Below, piece after piece: positions 40,527-51,797 of a stretch of DNA of 64,000 bases (position 1 is the first letter of the stretch; each line of letters opens with the position of its first letter). The stretch covers positions 1,760,001-1,824,000 of the forward strand of contig OY730476.1 in assembly GCA_963422735.1 (NCBI GenBank), read 5' to 3'. Below the pieces are notes generated by a model. The model had not been told where the DNA came from, did not search any database, and saw only the letters and a program-made list of their open reading frames with translations. This DNA comes from Candidatus Latescibacterota bacterium (GTDB taxonomy: Bacteria > Latescibacterota > UBA2968 > UBA8231). The position numbers and the translations under genes were made by a program.

Positions 40527-40736
40527 TTCGCCTTTCCTTAGCTTGTGTATCTCTTCAACGGCAAAACAAAATGCTGGCCATCCTGTCCCCAGGCATATAA
40601 CCTAGGCATCGCGTCATCGCGTCTATAGCTGACAAAGAGGACCGCGAAGTTGCGGAACCGCACCCATTCTTCAATCAGGTAGGTAGTGCGGCCGAGGCAG
40701 ACTAAAATCCCTGCTCAACGACCGATTGCAGTCCCT

Positions 40737-41006
40737 CAGTCAGCGCGTCTGGCTCAGCGTTGAAGCCGTAAACCTCTTCTTTTTTTGGCCAGTTTGCGAA
40801 AGTCGCATTCGACTTAGAGCCCGTGCCAAAACTCGTCGGACTGGCCGAAGAACGCGCTAAAGCGGATGGACATTGTAGGGGTTATCGAACGTCTAGCGTG
40901 CCCGTGGGGCGACGCCGATGGCGCAGGCCATGGCATTTTGCGAAATCCCCATGGGTTTGAGGTATTCCTCTAGCAGAATTTCGCCAGGGGTAATTGGATC
41001 ATCCAT
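40737..41006 (-). pseudogene. HigA-family antitoxin remnant
   Basis: [19 protein letters not shown]...AIGV, deletion, [23 protein letters not shown] internal stop. Confidence 0.8.
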
Positions 41007-41650
41007 GTTCACACCCTATGACGTTACAAGGGGCTTGTCAATGGTAATCTACAATGGTCACCTGTTCCGGCAATTCATCTGTATTAGCTTTGCTCTGTCG
41101 AAAAGCTTTGGGCATTTTGGAGAATCGTCAAGTGGTGGGTGCTTACTGGCACGTAGCCTTGGCGTATTTGGGCTGTGAATGAGTGCGCCTGAATGACACA
41201 TCCCCATCGGTGCTTGTGTCGAGCCATAGCGCTTTCAATAGGCCACCGCTGATGGTAGTGGGCTTTTTCGGCCGACGATAGGTTGTTTTGGGCCCTTTGC
41301 GCCGGATGCCTCGTTTATTGAGGGCCATCCGCGTTAGGGGCTCGACCGAGCCGGTGATTATGAGCTGCTGGGTGGCTTGGTGCATCAGGGGCGGCAACGG
41401 TGGCACGTCTTGGCTGGGGCCTTGACTGGCCACTGCACCGGTAGCTAAGTGGGAGGCCAGATGGTACGCCAGTGGAAAAGAGTTGGTGTTGTGTGTAGCG
41501 CTAGGGCGAGAATTTGTGCATATAAGCCGGCAGACTCGCTGGGGCTACCTTCAAACTGAGCCGACCTATTTAACGATGAGACAGCTTGTAGTCCTTCGGG
41601 AATTGTGGTGTCATGGCCTGCGTTGCTACCGCCCCCCGGTTCAATGTTGC

Positions 41651-44526
41651 TTATCGGAGTAGGGTCATCTTCTCGACCACCACTTGATCGCTCACGCGCA
41701 ACCGATACCAATACACCCCCGACGCCACCGCCCGCCCCTGCGCGTCTCGACCATCCCAAACGACCGCATGAGAGCCAACGTCCCGATAGACCTTATTCAA
41801 TAGCTTCTTCACCACTTGACCGGCCACATTGTAAACGACTAGCGAGACGGGTCCGCCCGCCGGCACCTCAAATCGAATCGTCGTGCTCGGATTAAACGGG
41901 TTAGGGGCCGCTCGAACCGCCAGCACCTTGCCGGCCGGTTCGGCGGCGTTGCTCCCATGAGCGGCGAGTTTGGCCTGCACCAGCGGTGCCTGCGGCCACG
42001 AGGGAAAGGTCGTCGCCAGCCGCTGTAGCGTCTGCATCGCCGCGGACTCGTCGCCGCCGTGTTCCAACAGCAGTGCCTTGTCTAACAGCACATAAGGCAC
42101 CAACGCCGACTGAGGATAGTCGCGCTCAAAGGACGCGATGTTCGCGAGTGCGTCCCTGCTCTTGCCCTCGTTGTGCAACAAGCCAATCGTCAGATAGGCT
42201 ACCGCCGCCTGAATAGACACCGCGGTCGGTACATTAGCCGGCGGCCAGACCGGCGCATGGGCACCGGAACTGACGGGTTCGCCACCAACGGGGGCGATCG
42301 GGGCGCCCAAGTGACGGGACGCCGCCACCATCCCATACAAGGCGGCGATGGCTTCGGCTTGTTGATCCGCATACTGCGTAAACACCGACTGGAAGGCTGC
42401 CCACGCTTGGGCATACTGACCCGCAAAGAGCAACTCTTGCGCTTTCTGCACCCAATCAGCGGCAGCCCGTTGGCGATCTTCAGCCGGGTCTGCAACCGCT
42501 TTCGCCCACGGCTTGGCCTGTGAATTGGAGGTGTTGATGCTATAGGAGAGCGTCATCGCATGCCGACCATGCCAAACTGCAGTGGCCCTGAGTTGAGACC
42601 GGCTCGTACCTTGATACCCCCAAAAGCAGCCTTGAGCATCTATGTTGAGATGCACATCCTCTGCCGCGTATAGATCATACGTACTATTGTGCGGCGACGG
42701 ATAGGAAAAGTTGTTGCGCGGAACCGATACATTCCCATTCTGAGTGAGATAGATGCCGTATTGATTGGCGTAGAAATGGGATGTACTCCGAATGGCTCCC
42801 ATGTCCGTACTGACGAATCCGGTGGAACGGTCCAGATTGGGGTACCCGATTTCCCCTACCGTGCCTCCGTTCACATTGAGCCCATAGCCGGCACCGTGAA
42901 AAGAGCACTGATCCACCGCCACTGAGGAAGTAGCCCCCGACACATACAAGCCGGCCGTACTGGCTATCCGTAACGAAGCGTGAAATCGCACTGTGCGAGT
43001 GTTATGTTACTGCTGTTGACGATTTCCACGCCGTTGACAAGTGCCCCCCGGAAGGTAATCCCCTCTACTTTGACCTCGTTGACGCCGCTAAAGAGGGCGA
43101 CGGGCCTGTAGCCACTCGACGGAACGATGGTGACCGTACCGTAGCTACGCCTCAAGTGAACGCCACTTTTCATGGTGAGCGATTCGTTGTAGGTGCCGGG
43201 ATTGATCTGGATGGTGGTCCCACTGTCGGCCGCGGCGATAGCGGCGCGGATGGTCGTATAATCGCCGGGGACGTGGAGCATGTTCCAGTTAGATTCTGTT
43301 ACCGGAGAATGAGGCGGTGTGCCCGTCCAACGCTCATACTCCCTATCGTCGGCACTGACCACACCCCAAGCTGCATTATAGCGAGGGCCGGAAGGCGCAT
43401 TGTTGGACGCTAGTAGATCCTTGATGGGAATCGAAGCGCCTGGCGACTTTACCTCCGGTTGTCCCCAAAGAATGTTGGCCTTGAGCCAACTCATCTCAGG
43501 ATGGGCGTCAAAATCATAGGCCGAATCAACCAAAGGATCTTTGATGACCTCGATCTGAAACTCGGACCAGTGAATATAGCGTCCAAGACCATTGGGTTGA
43601 TCAGCTATACTATCAAATTCAGAGATATCAACAACATTACGCCAAGTGCCTGAAGATGGATAGGAACCATGTCCGCCGGTGCCCTTGCCGCTGACGCCTA
43701 GCAATGAATAGTCCTGATACCCACCCGTGAATATAATGGGATGGGTTCCATCGGAAACATAGAAATCGGTTCCCGGCTGACTCCGATTCAGGAACTTGTG
43801 GTGAAAGTAAAATTCCACCCGCTTGAGTTGAGCACGTGCGGGATCTTGACTACTGACGACGACGTTTATGTGTTCCCAATCGCCCTCATGGTTATTGACC
43901 CAATTATTGAACGGATAAAAATACCAGTATTGGATGACATATTCATTCGTGCTCGACCGTTTGAAAAGGTGTGCATAAACCTGATCGGGATGCGAATTAC
44001 TCTCGGCTTCTGTCTGATAGGATTCGCGCCAAGAAGCGGGTGAATTGCCGCCCGTATATTCAAAATGAAAAATCAGAATGTACGCTCCATGCGCCCAACT
44101 TTGGCTTGATTCGCCAGGCCGCCCTGTATATATCACGGGACTCCTTAAGCTTGAAAAATCGCCATTCGATTTAATACCAATAACTGTCTCATCAATAAGC
44201 GGTGGATCCCAAGCACGGGGATTGACATCGCGTAGGCGTTTATCAAATTTCCATTTTCCAGCCGAGTTATACATTGCGACCCAGAGGTTATTTTTGCTGT
44301 GAGCTCCTATGAAGCTGACCGGCTCGGGGGACACATTATCTCTAGCATCCAAGACCATCGCCGGAACGAACTTATCCGCAAGCCCTGTTTCGTATCTATC
44401 CTCGATGTCGTTGCTATCACTATCGACTGTACTCGAGCTAGTGACCGTGCCAGCACCATGGCTGGCCGTTGCCCATAGAGACATCCAAACCACGATACAC
44501 AGACAGCCAATCCTAGTTCGCATCAC
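41651..44526 (-). pseudogene. Large secreted multidomain protein (Vps62/NPP1-like + beta-helix + TPR + FlgD-Ig), split by frameshift at ~42965
   Basis: Signal peptide; QYWYFYPFN..NNHEGDWEH; VPGDYTTIRAAI..PGTYNE; TPR-like helices; APNPFNPSTTIRF..WDGRD..SGVYWYRL; ORFs 42964-44526 and 41651-42991 join with one extra base. Confidence 0.8.
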
Positions 44527-44611
44527 TACATCCTACTGTATGTTGTTCGTGGGGATTTCAAAACCTTTTTCGTTATAAATCTACCACCATTTTCACGCGT
44601 GGAACCAAAAA
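44345..44611. repeat. ~270-bp imperfect direct repeat, copy 1
   Basis: Aligns with 45042-45308: signal-peptide/leader coding region, upstream GGGGATTTCAAAACCTTTTT and 3' end of preceding ORF. Confidence 0.88.
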
Positions 44612-45223
44612 CGGAATGGGAATATACACACCATGGTATTCTTCAATGGGAACAAATAAGAGTATTCCTAACTCCGGGCGGAAGGACACCGACTCAGAAA
44701 GGGGCACATTCATCCTCAGGCCGCCGGCGGTAGTCATATAAAGTGGATCATCCGAGAATGTTGACAGACCTAGCCGGAAATAGCCACTGAGCCGCTTGTC
44801 ATGTCGGCCTAAAACCAAGCCCAAGGTGTGCCGCACATAGCGGTCTCCATCGTCCAAGTCCCACCCTCTCATCGATTCAGCTTCTAGTGCGAACCTGGGC
44901 TGTTGCCAGCCGATAGTAACACCGACGAAAGGCCATATTAGTAGGACGCCGGCTTGCACACCGCCATAGAAGCGGGGGTACCGCGAAGCCGCTTCGCTTG
45001 TGTCTTGACTAGTGCTTGTTGTGTCCTGCTCCGTCTTGCTGGCATCCAGCACCATCGCCGGAACGAACTTAGTCGCAAGCCCTGTTTCGTATCTATCCTC
45101 GATGCCGTTGCCATCACTGTCGACTATACTCGAGCCTGTGGCTGTGCCATCACCATAACTGGCTGTTGCCCATAGAGACGTCCAAACTATTGTCCACAGA
45201 CAGCTACTTCTCACGCTCGCCAC
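44573..45223 (-). CDS. Secreted protein: duplicated leader plus putative small outer-membrane beta-barrel
   Basis: First ~60 aa match those of 44526 ORF (VDSD.N.IEDRYETGLA.KFVPAMVLDA); remainder has alternating amphipathic beta strands. Confidence 0.65.
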   Translation of the reverse strand: MASVRSSCLWTIVWTSLWATASYGDGTATGSSIVDSDGNGIEDRYETGLATKFVPAMVLDASKTEQDTTSTSQDTSEAASRYPRFYGGVQAGVLLIWPFVGVTIGWQQPRFALEAESMRGWDLDDGDRYVRHTLGLVLGRHDKRLSGYFRLGLSTFSDDPLYMTTAGGLRMNVPLSESVSFRPELGILLFVPIEEYHGVYIPIPFLVPRVKMVVDL

Positions 45224-45308
45224 TATATCCTTTTGTATATTGTTAATGGGGATTTCAAAACCTTTTTTTAGAAAACTACCATTACCATTTTACACGTAGA
45301 CCCCAAAC
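45042..45308. repeat. ~270-bp imperfect direct repeat, copy 2
   Basis: Aligns with 44345-44611. Confidence 0.88.
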
Positions 45309-45515
45309 AGGAGTTGCTAAGTATCTTGGTTTGCGACTGAATCATTGTGGTTCCGCTGTTCGCCATGTTTAAACCCCTTCACACGCCCCTCTTTGGTTCA
45401 GGTTCGACCACACCACTAGGCACTTAGATGCACTCGCTGCGCTCTGGTTCTGAAATGTCGAGGATTTTGATCGGTGTAGCCGACTGGTCGCGGCAACTGC
45501 GCTCGCAGCGCGTCA

Positions 45516-45992
45516 CTATGGGCTGATGCCACCCATCTTGCAGACTTCTTTCCACTCCTGCGCGGCGACCGGCTGGATAGAGAGCCGCTGGCCCCGCTGC
45601 ACCACCCGCATGTTGGCGAGCTTGTCGTTGGCCTTCAGATCGGCGAGGTGGACAAACCTTTTGAATTTGCACTTCCACTTCACGTCGAAGGAGAACCAGC
45701 GCGGCTCGTCCTTGGTGGATTTTTCGTCGTAGTAGCGATGCTGGTCGTCGAATTGGCTAGGGTCGGGGTACCCTGCTGTTGTGATTGACGCGATTCCGGC
45801 GATCCCCGGCTCGTCGCAGTTGGAGTGATAAAAGAACGCTAGGTCCCCTTCTTCCATGCTGTCGCGAATGAGATTGCGCGCTTGGTAGTTGCGCACACCC
45901 CGCCAGTACCCCGTGCTTTGCGGACGCTGCTTCAACTCGTCAAAGGAGCACTCGTCGAATTCGCACTTGACGAGCCAGTACTTTCCAGCCAT
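45516..45992 (-). CDS. EVE domain protein
   Basis: YWLVKCE, WRGVRNYQARN, FFYHSNC, RLSIQPV. Confidence 0.93.
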   Translation of the reverse strand: MAGKYWLVKCEFDECSFDELKQRPQSTGYWRGVRNYQARNLIRDSMEEGDLAFFYHSNCDEPGIAGIASITTAGYPDPSQFDDQHRYYDEKSTKDEPRWFSFDVKWKCKFKRFVHLADLKANDKLANMRVVQRGQRLSIQPVAAQEWKEVCKMGGISP

Positions 45993-46072
45993 GCCTTTCC
46001 TGTTCCCCCGCTTACGACTTCCTCATCCCGCGCCTCAAAATGGTTCTACTGCTCGCCATACGCGCTCCTCTT

Positions 46073-46888
46073 TCACAGCCATTCCTCGACCACTTCCCGC
46101 GTCTTTTCTATACCCTCCCACTCGTCTCCTCGACTAGAAAAAATCAGCGAGTACGGCCCGGCGAATCCCGCATCGCTAGCCAGCCGAAGACAGCGCACAA
46201 AATCCTCGCGGTCCATCTGGCCCACTGCGGAGAAATCGGCTTTGGCATGCACGGAAGTCGCCCGTGGCAGAATCGCCGCCAGATCGCGGTATTTGTCCGG
46301 CCCCTTGAAGTTGCCGAAGTCAGCGCATAGGCCGACTTGGCCCTCGCACAAGTCGAGGACCGCGTTGAGTGCCCCCACAGACGTGCCCAGCGCCCGGAAA
46401 TTCTCCGTCAGCACCCCAATATCCAAGGTGAGACCAAAGCGAGCGAGCGCACGCAAGTTCGCCGCGCTTACCTGCACGGCTTCGCCGTCGTCTGTCCCCC
46501 CGGCGATCACCCGCACACACTGCGCACCGCAGCGGGCGGCAATCCCCATCCACTCGCGTATCCAAGCCACTTCCTTTGCGCGTTGGGCCGCATCGGGGTG
46601 CGCGATGTCCCCAGCGTCAATCAGCACGCTGAAGAGCTCGACGCCGCTGCCGGCAAGTGCCTGCCGCAACTCGCTGATATAGCCATCGTCGAGCCGCGGG
46701 AAGTGAAAGTGGCAAACCTCCAACAGGCCGATGCCGCGGGCGGCAAGCTGTGCCGGTAGCTCTAACAAGGTGAGTTCTCCCTGCCCGGCCCCTTCCAACA
46801 CCGGCTCGCCCTTGGGGTCAGGCCACTGGTACATCGACTCCCCTAACGTCCTGTGCAAGCTCCAGGACGACGTGGCTATGCGCGTCAT
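46073..46888 (-). CDS. Sugar phosphate isomerase/epimerase (xylose isomerase-like TIM barrel)
   Basis: SSWSLH, LTENF, CADFGNF, VHAK; start set at MTRIAT. Confidence 0.82.
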   Translation of the reverse strand: MTRIATSSWSLHRTLGESMYQWPDPKGEPVLEGAGQGELTLLELPAQLAARGIGLLEVCHFHFPRLDDGYISELRQALAGSGVELFSVLIDAGDIAHPDAAQRAKEVAWIREWMGIAARCGAQCVRVIAGGTDDGEAVQVSAANLRALARFGLTLDIGVLTENFRALGTSVGALNAVLDLCEGQVGLCADFGNFKGPDKYRDLAAILPRATSVHAKADFSAVGQMDREDFVRCLRLASDAGFAGPYSLIFSSRGDEWEGIEKTREVVEEWL

Positions 46889-46898
46889 CACACCATCC

Positions 46899-47600
46899 TC
46901 ACAGGCTGATTTTAACGACCCACCCCGAAGCAGCGTCGCAGTAGAGAAGATCGGCCCCAAAAATCGACAGACCATGCGGCTGGGGATCGCTGTCGGGCAC
47001 CACCACTCGATCCAACTCAGCCCCGCTCTCCACATCGAGCTTGACGATCACGCGGTCGGACGTATGCACTACCCAGATGCCGTCGGCGACCCGCACCACG
47101 CCGTGTGCACGCCCGTAAGGCAACTCCAGCACGTGCTCGACCGACCAGCCGGCGATCTTGACTTTGCTCAGCGTCTGGCTCTTGAGGGTGGTGACCCACA
47201 CGTAGCCATCTTCAAACGGATCGTACTCCATCCCGTGAACCCCACCCCCGCCGGGGACCAGGTAGCGGTTGCGAGTCGCGCCGGTGTCCGGATCGACCTC
47301 GAAAATTTCGCCCGTCCCTTGCGCGGCGTCCGTTGGCCGTGCGGGCCGCCAGAGCGTACCCGCCCCGTTGGCCGCCAACCACAGCGAACCGCCGCCCCAA
47401 GCCATACCGCTGGTATTGGACGACTCGCTGGGAATATCGCGGACTAGGCGGGTGACGCCATATTCAGACGGCTCGGCGATTTCGATCAGTGCCACCCGGT
47501 CGGTAATTTGGTCGGTAATCCACAGTCCTTCTTCTACTACTTGCAGTGCGTTGGGCACCCCGTAGGGTGCGCGGAAGAGCTTCTCTATGGTCCTACTCAT
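46899..47600 (-). CDS. Beta-propeller protein (Vgb/NHL-like)
   Basis: Repeated PNAL, SGMAW..LW, HGM, AHG, PHGL blade motifs. Confidence 0.7.
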   Translation of the reverse strand: MSRTIEKLFRAPYGVPNALQVVEEGLWITDQITDRVALIEIAEPSEYGVTRLVRDIPSESSNTSGMAWGGGSLWLAANGAGTLWRPARPTDAAQGTGEIFEVDPDTGATRNRYLVPGGGGVHGMEYDPFEDGYVWVTTLKSQTLSKVKIAGWSVEHVLELPYGRAHGVVRVADGIWVVHTSDRVIVKLDVESGAELDRVVVPDSDPQPHGLSIFGADLLYCDAASGWVVKISL

Positions 47601-47614
47601 CGTCGTCTCCTAAG

Positions 47615-48586
47615 TCAGTTGTCCCACATCAGCAATACCGCCATGGTCTCGCCCAACCGGTTGTAGAGCAGATCAAAGGCTGTTGCCGCTTTGGTGTAGG
47701 GGAAGCGGTGGGTGATCATCTTGGCGAACTGGATCTGGTCCGTAGCCAACAGTTCTAGGGCACGTGCCGATCCTGCGGGCCGCCGGTCGGCGTTGAGGTA
47801 GCTACCCACGAGGCGCTTGCCCATGATTTTTTCTGAGTAGAGCGGCAGGGGTTCGTCTTCGTATAGGCCCAGCACCTGCAAGAGGCCGCCGCGCTTGAGC
47901 ATGTCCTGCGCTTCGGCAAACGCCTGCGCCCCGGCCCGCCCGCCCACGGCTTCGACCACTACGTCGGCACCCTCCTCGTCCGTCAGTTCCAAAACCTGTG
48001 CGACAGAGTCGCCGGCACTGGCGTCTATCACCGCGTCGGCCCCCAACTTGCGCGCCAGCTCGCAGCGCAAGGGCAAGGTATCGATCCCAATGACGCGCCC
48101 CGCGCCCTGTGCCTTGGCCGCCTGCATACAACCGCTACCGACCAAGCCTTGCCCCTGTATGACCACGACATCGTCCGGGCCGGCTTCGGTCTCCCACATC
48201 CACAGGACCGAACTCGTGCCCAGCGGCCAGAAGGTGCCCGCCTCGGGCGACAGACCCATTGGCAGGCACACGGCCGCCGGTTTGTGCTGGCTGGCTACGA
48301 CTTCGACCGCCACGTATTCGGCGTGCGGCGCGAGGGCCGCGACTAGATCGCCGGTTTTGAACTCTTCGACCTCCGCGCCCACTTCTTCGACCCGGCCCAC
48401 TAGCGAGTAGCCCATGGCGCGATGATCAATCGCCTCCTCGCGCACGTAGCGACGCCAAATCTCCGAGCCTCGGCTGATTAGCGAACATTGGGCGCGAATC
48501 AAAATCTCGGTCGGGGCAAGAGCCGGAACCTCGACCTCTTCTACTGCGATATTGTAGGCCCCTGAGGGCTTGGCGATGCGTTTCAT
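47615..48586 (-). CDS. MDR superfamily (zinc-binding-like) dehydrogenase
   Basis: SLISRGSE, MGYS..G.V, GQGLVG, ADVVVEAVG, MITHRFP; GAGGAGG RBS. Confidence 0.86.
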   Translation of the reverse strand: MKRIAKPSGAYNIAVEEVEVPALAPTEILIRAQCSLISRGSEIWRRYVREEAIDHRAMGYSLVGRVEEVGAEVEEFKTGDLVAALAPHAEYVAVEVVASQHKPAAVCLPMGLSPEAGTFWPLGTSSVLWMWETEAGPDDVVVIQGQGLVGSGCMQAAKAQGAGRVIGIDTLPLRCELARKLGADAVIDASAGDSVAQVLELTDEEGADVVVEAVGGRAGAQAFAEAQDMLKRGGLLQVLGLYEDEPLPLYSEKIMGKRLVGSYLNADRRPAGSARALELLATDQIQFAKMITHRFPYTKAATAFDLLYNRLGETMAVLLMWDN

Positions 48587-48653
48587 AGACGGCCTCCTCG
48601 CGGACAATATGGCAAAAATACCGCGTGGGAACCAACCTAAGGGAAGCACTAAC

Positions 48654-48693
48654 AAAAAAACCGGGCGCACCCACTAAGGTGGGGTACGCCCGG
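48654..48693 (-). terminator. Intrinsic terminator
   Basis: Minus strand CCGGGCGTACCCCAC-CTTA-GTGGGTGCGCCCGG followed by T7. Confidence 0.85.
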
Positions 48694-48953
48694 CTGTACT
48701 CTCAGAAGCTATGTCGCCGAGGCGACAATGCTCCTGACCAGGTAGTCGATCACCTGGAGTTGATCAAGTGATCAACCTCCTTGCGGTACAATTACTACTC
48801 AATGGACCACCTCCTTTCGCTTGTGCGCGCCTCATATCCATACTCCAACTCTGCGCGTCGTTGCGGCCAATTACAAAGCCGGGCTGGCTCGCTCGCGTAG
48901 CCTCGAGCCTCAGCGTGGCGGCAACAGAGGCTTTAGGCCCCTGAACCCGTCTT
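48654..48953 (-). ncRNA. Candidate structured small RNA / mini-ORF transcript with extended Shine-Dalgarno repeats
   Basis: Bounded by promoter and terminator, no ORF over ~25 codons recognised, several hairpins, AAAGGAGGTGGTCCA and AAGGAGGTTGATC motifs; 5' end estimated from promoter. Confidence 0.65.
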
Positions 48954-48959
48954 GAGTTT

Positions 48960-49003
48960 AATATGACAAACGCCCAAGAACCATGTCAAATGCTTTTTAT
49001 TTT
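48960..49003 (-). promoter_or_regulatory. Strong sigma70-type promoter
   Basis: A-rich UP-like AAAATAAAAA, TTGACA (48989-48984), 18-bp spacer, TGn-CATATT (48965-48960). Confidence 0.7.
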
Positions 49004-49021
49004 CAGCGGCGCAGACGGCCC

Positions 49022-50953
<1,932 letters not shown>

Positions 50954-51014
50954 TCATATTTAAGTAGCAGGGGTTCATAACAATATCAAGGTGGGGTACA
51001 TGTTGAGGCCGCGT

Positions 51015-51797
51015 TTATTCTTGGTAAACGCGCGGCATCAGGAGCTGGCCATTGCGGGCCAGAGGCAAGCCGGCAAAGGCGCAGGAGTTGCCCCATTGAT
51101 CGATGGTGGCCGCGGTTTTGTACTCGTTGATGATGGCGTGGCGGGTGCGCGGGGTGTAGTTGTGGCCGGCGCGGTGGACGACGAGGACGTGGATGATCGC
51201 TACGTCGCCTAGCTCGGCCTCCAAGACGACCTGCTCACTGGCAGGAACGTACTCGTCGGGGATAGTGTGGCTGTTTTCTAAAGTGGGGTACTCGCCCTTG
51301 AGGTGGCTGCCGGGCAGGACTTCGGTGGCCCCAGATTCAAATCCACTCGGATCGAGGTACGTAATAGCCGCGGCCAAGTCTGGCTCGGTGTGGCGCTCGT
51401 ACGGCCAGTCTTGGTGCCAGCTTTGGGTGCAGACAAAGCCGGGAGGTTTGTTGCGGATCTTGCCGTTGTGGAAATCGAGGTACTGGCCCAAGAGATCGAC
51501 CATCACCGAGACAATGCGCGGCTCGGTGAACTGGTCGAACCAGTAGTCTCCGGCCAAGGTCTGATCCATCATGCCAACGACATTGTGCGGGTTGAAGGGG
51601 TCGGGCGAGTAGCCTTCCGGCGCGTCCATGAAGGAGTATTTGACGTTCTTGGGTCGGTTTTCAATATCGGTCACCAAGCGATGAAACTCGCAGCGCATCT
51701 GCTCCATCTCCGCAGGGCCATAGAAGCCTTTGAGCATCAGGTAGCCGTTGTCGTCGAAGAACTGCTTCTGCTCGGGATCTAAAATGAGCAAGCTCAT
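51015..51797 (-). CDS. Phytanoyl-CoA dioxygenase (PhyH) family protein
   Basis: FDDNGYL, WHQD, LPGSH, VHRAG Fe(II) triad. Confidence 0.9.
   Translation of the reverse strand: MSLLILDPEQKQFFDDNGYLMLKGFYGPAEMEQMRCEFHRLVTDIENRPKNVKYSFMDAPEGYSPDPFNPHNVVGMMDQTLAGDYWFDQFTEPRIVSVMVDLLGQYLDFHNGKIRNKPPGFVCTQSWHQDWPYERHTEPDLAAAITYLDPSGFESGATEVLPGSHLKGEYPTLENSHTIPDEYVPASEQVVLEAELGDVAIIHVLVVHRAGHNYTPRTRHAIINEYKTAATIDQWGNSCAFAGLPLARNGQLLMPRVYQE

Noticed and set aside
48803-48817. 16S rRNA gene fragment
   Set aside because: Similarity limited to the ~15-nt 3' tail; flanks are not rRNA and promoter/terminator point to the opposite strand
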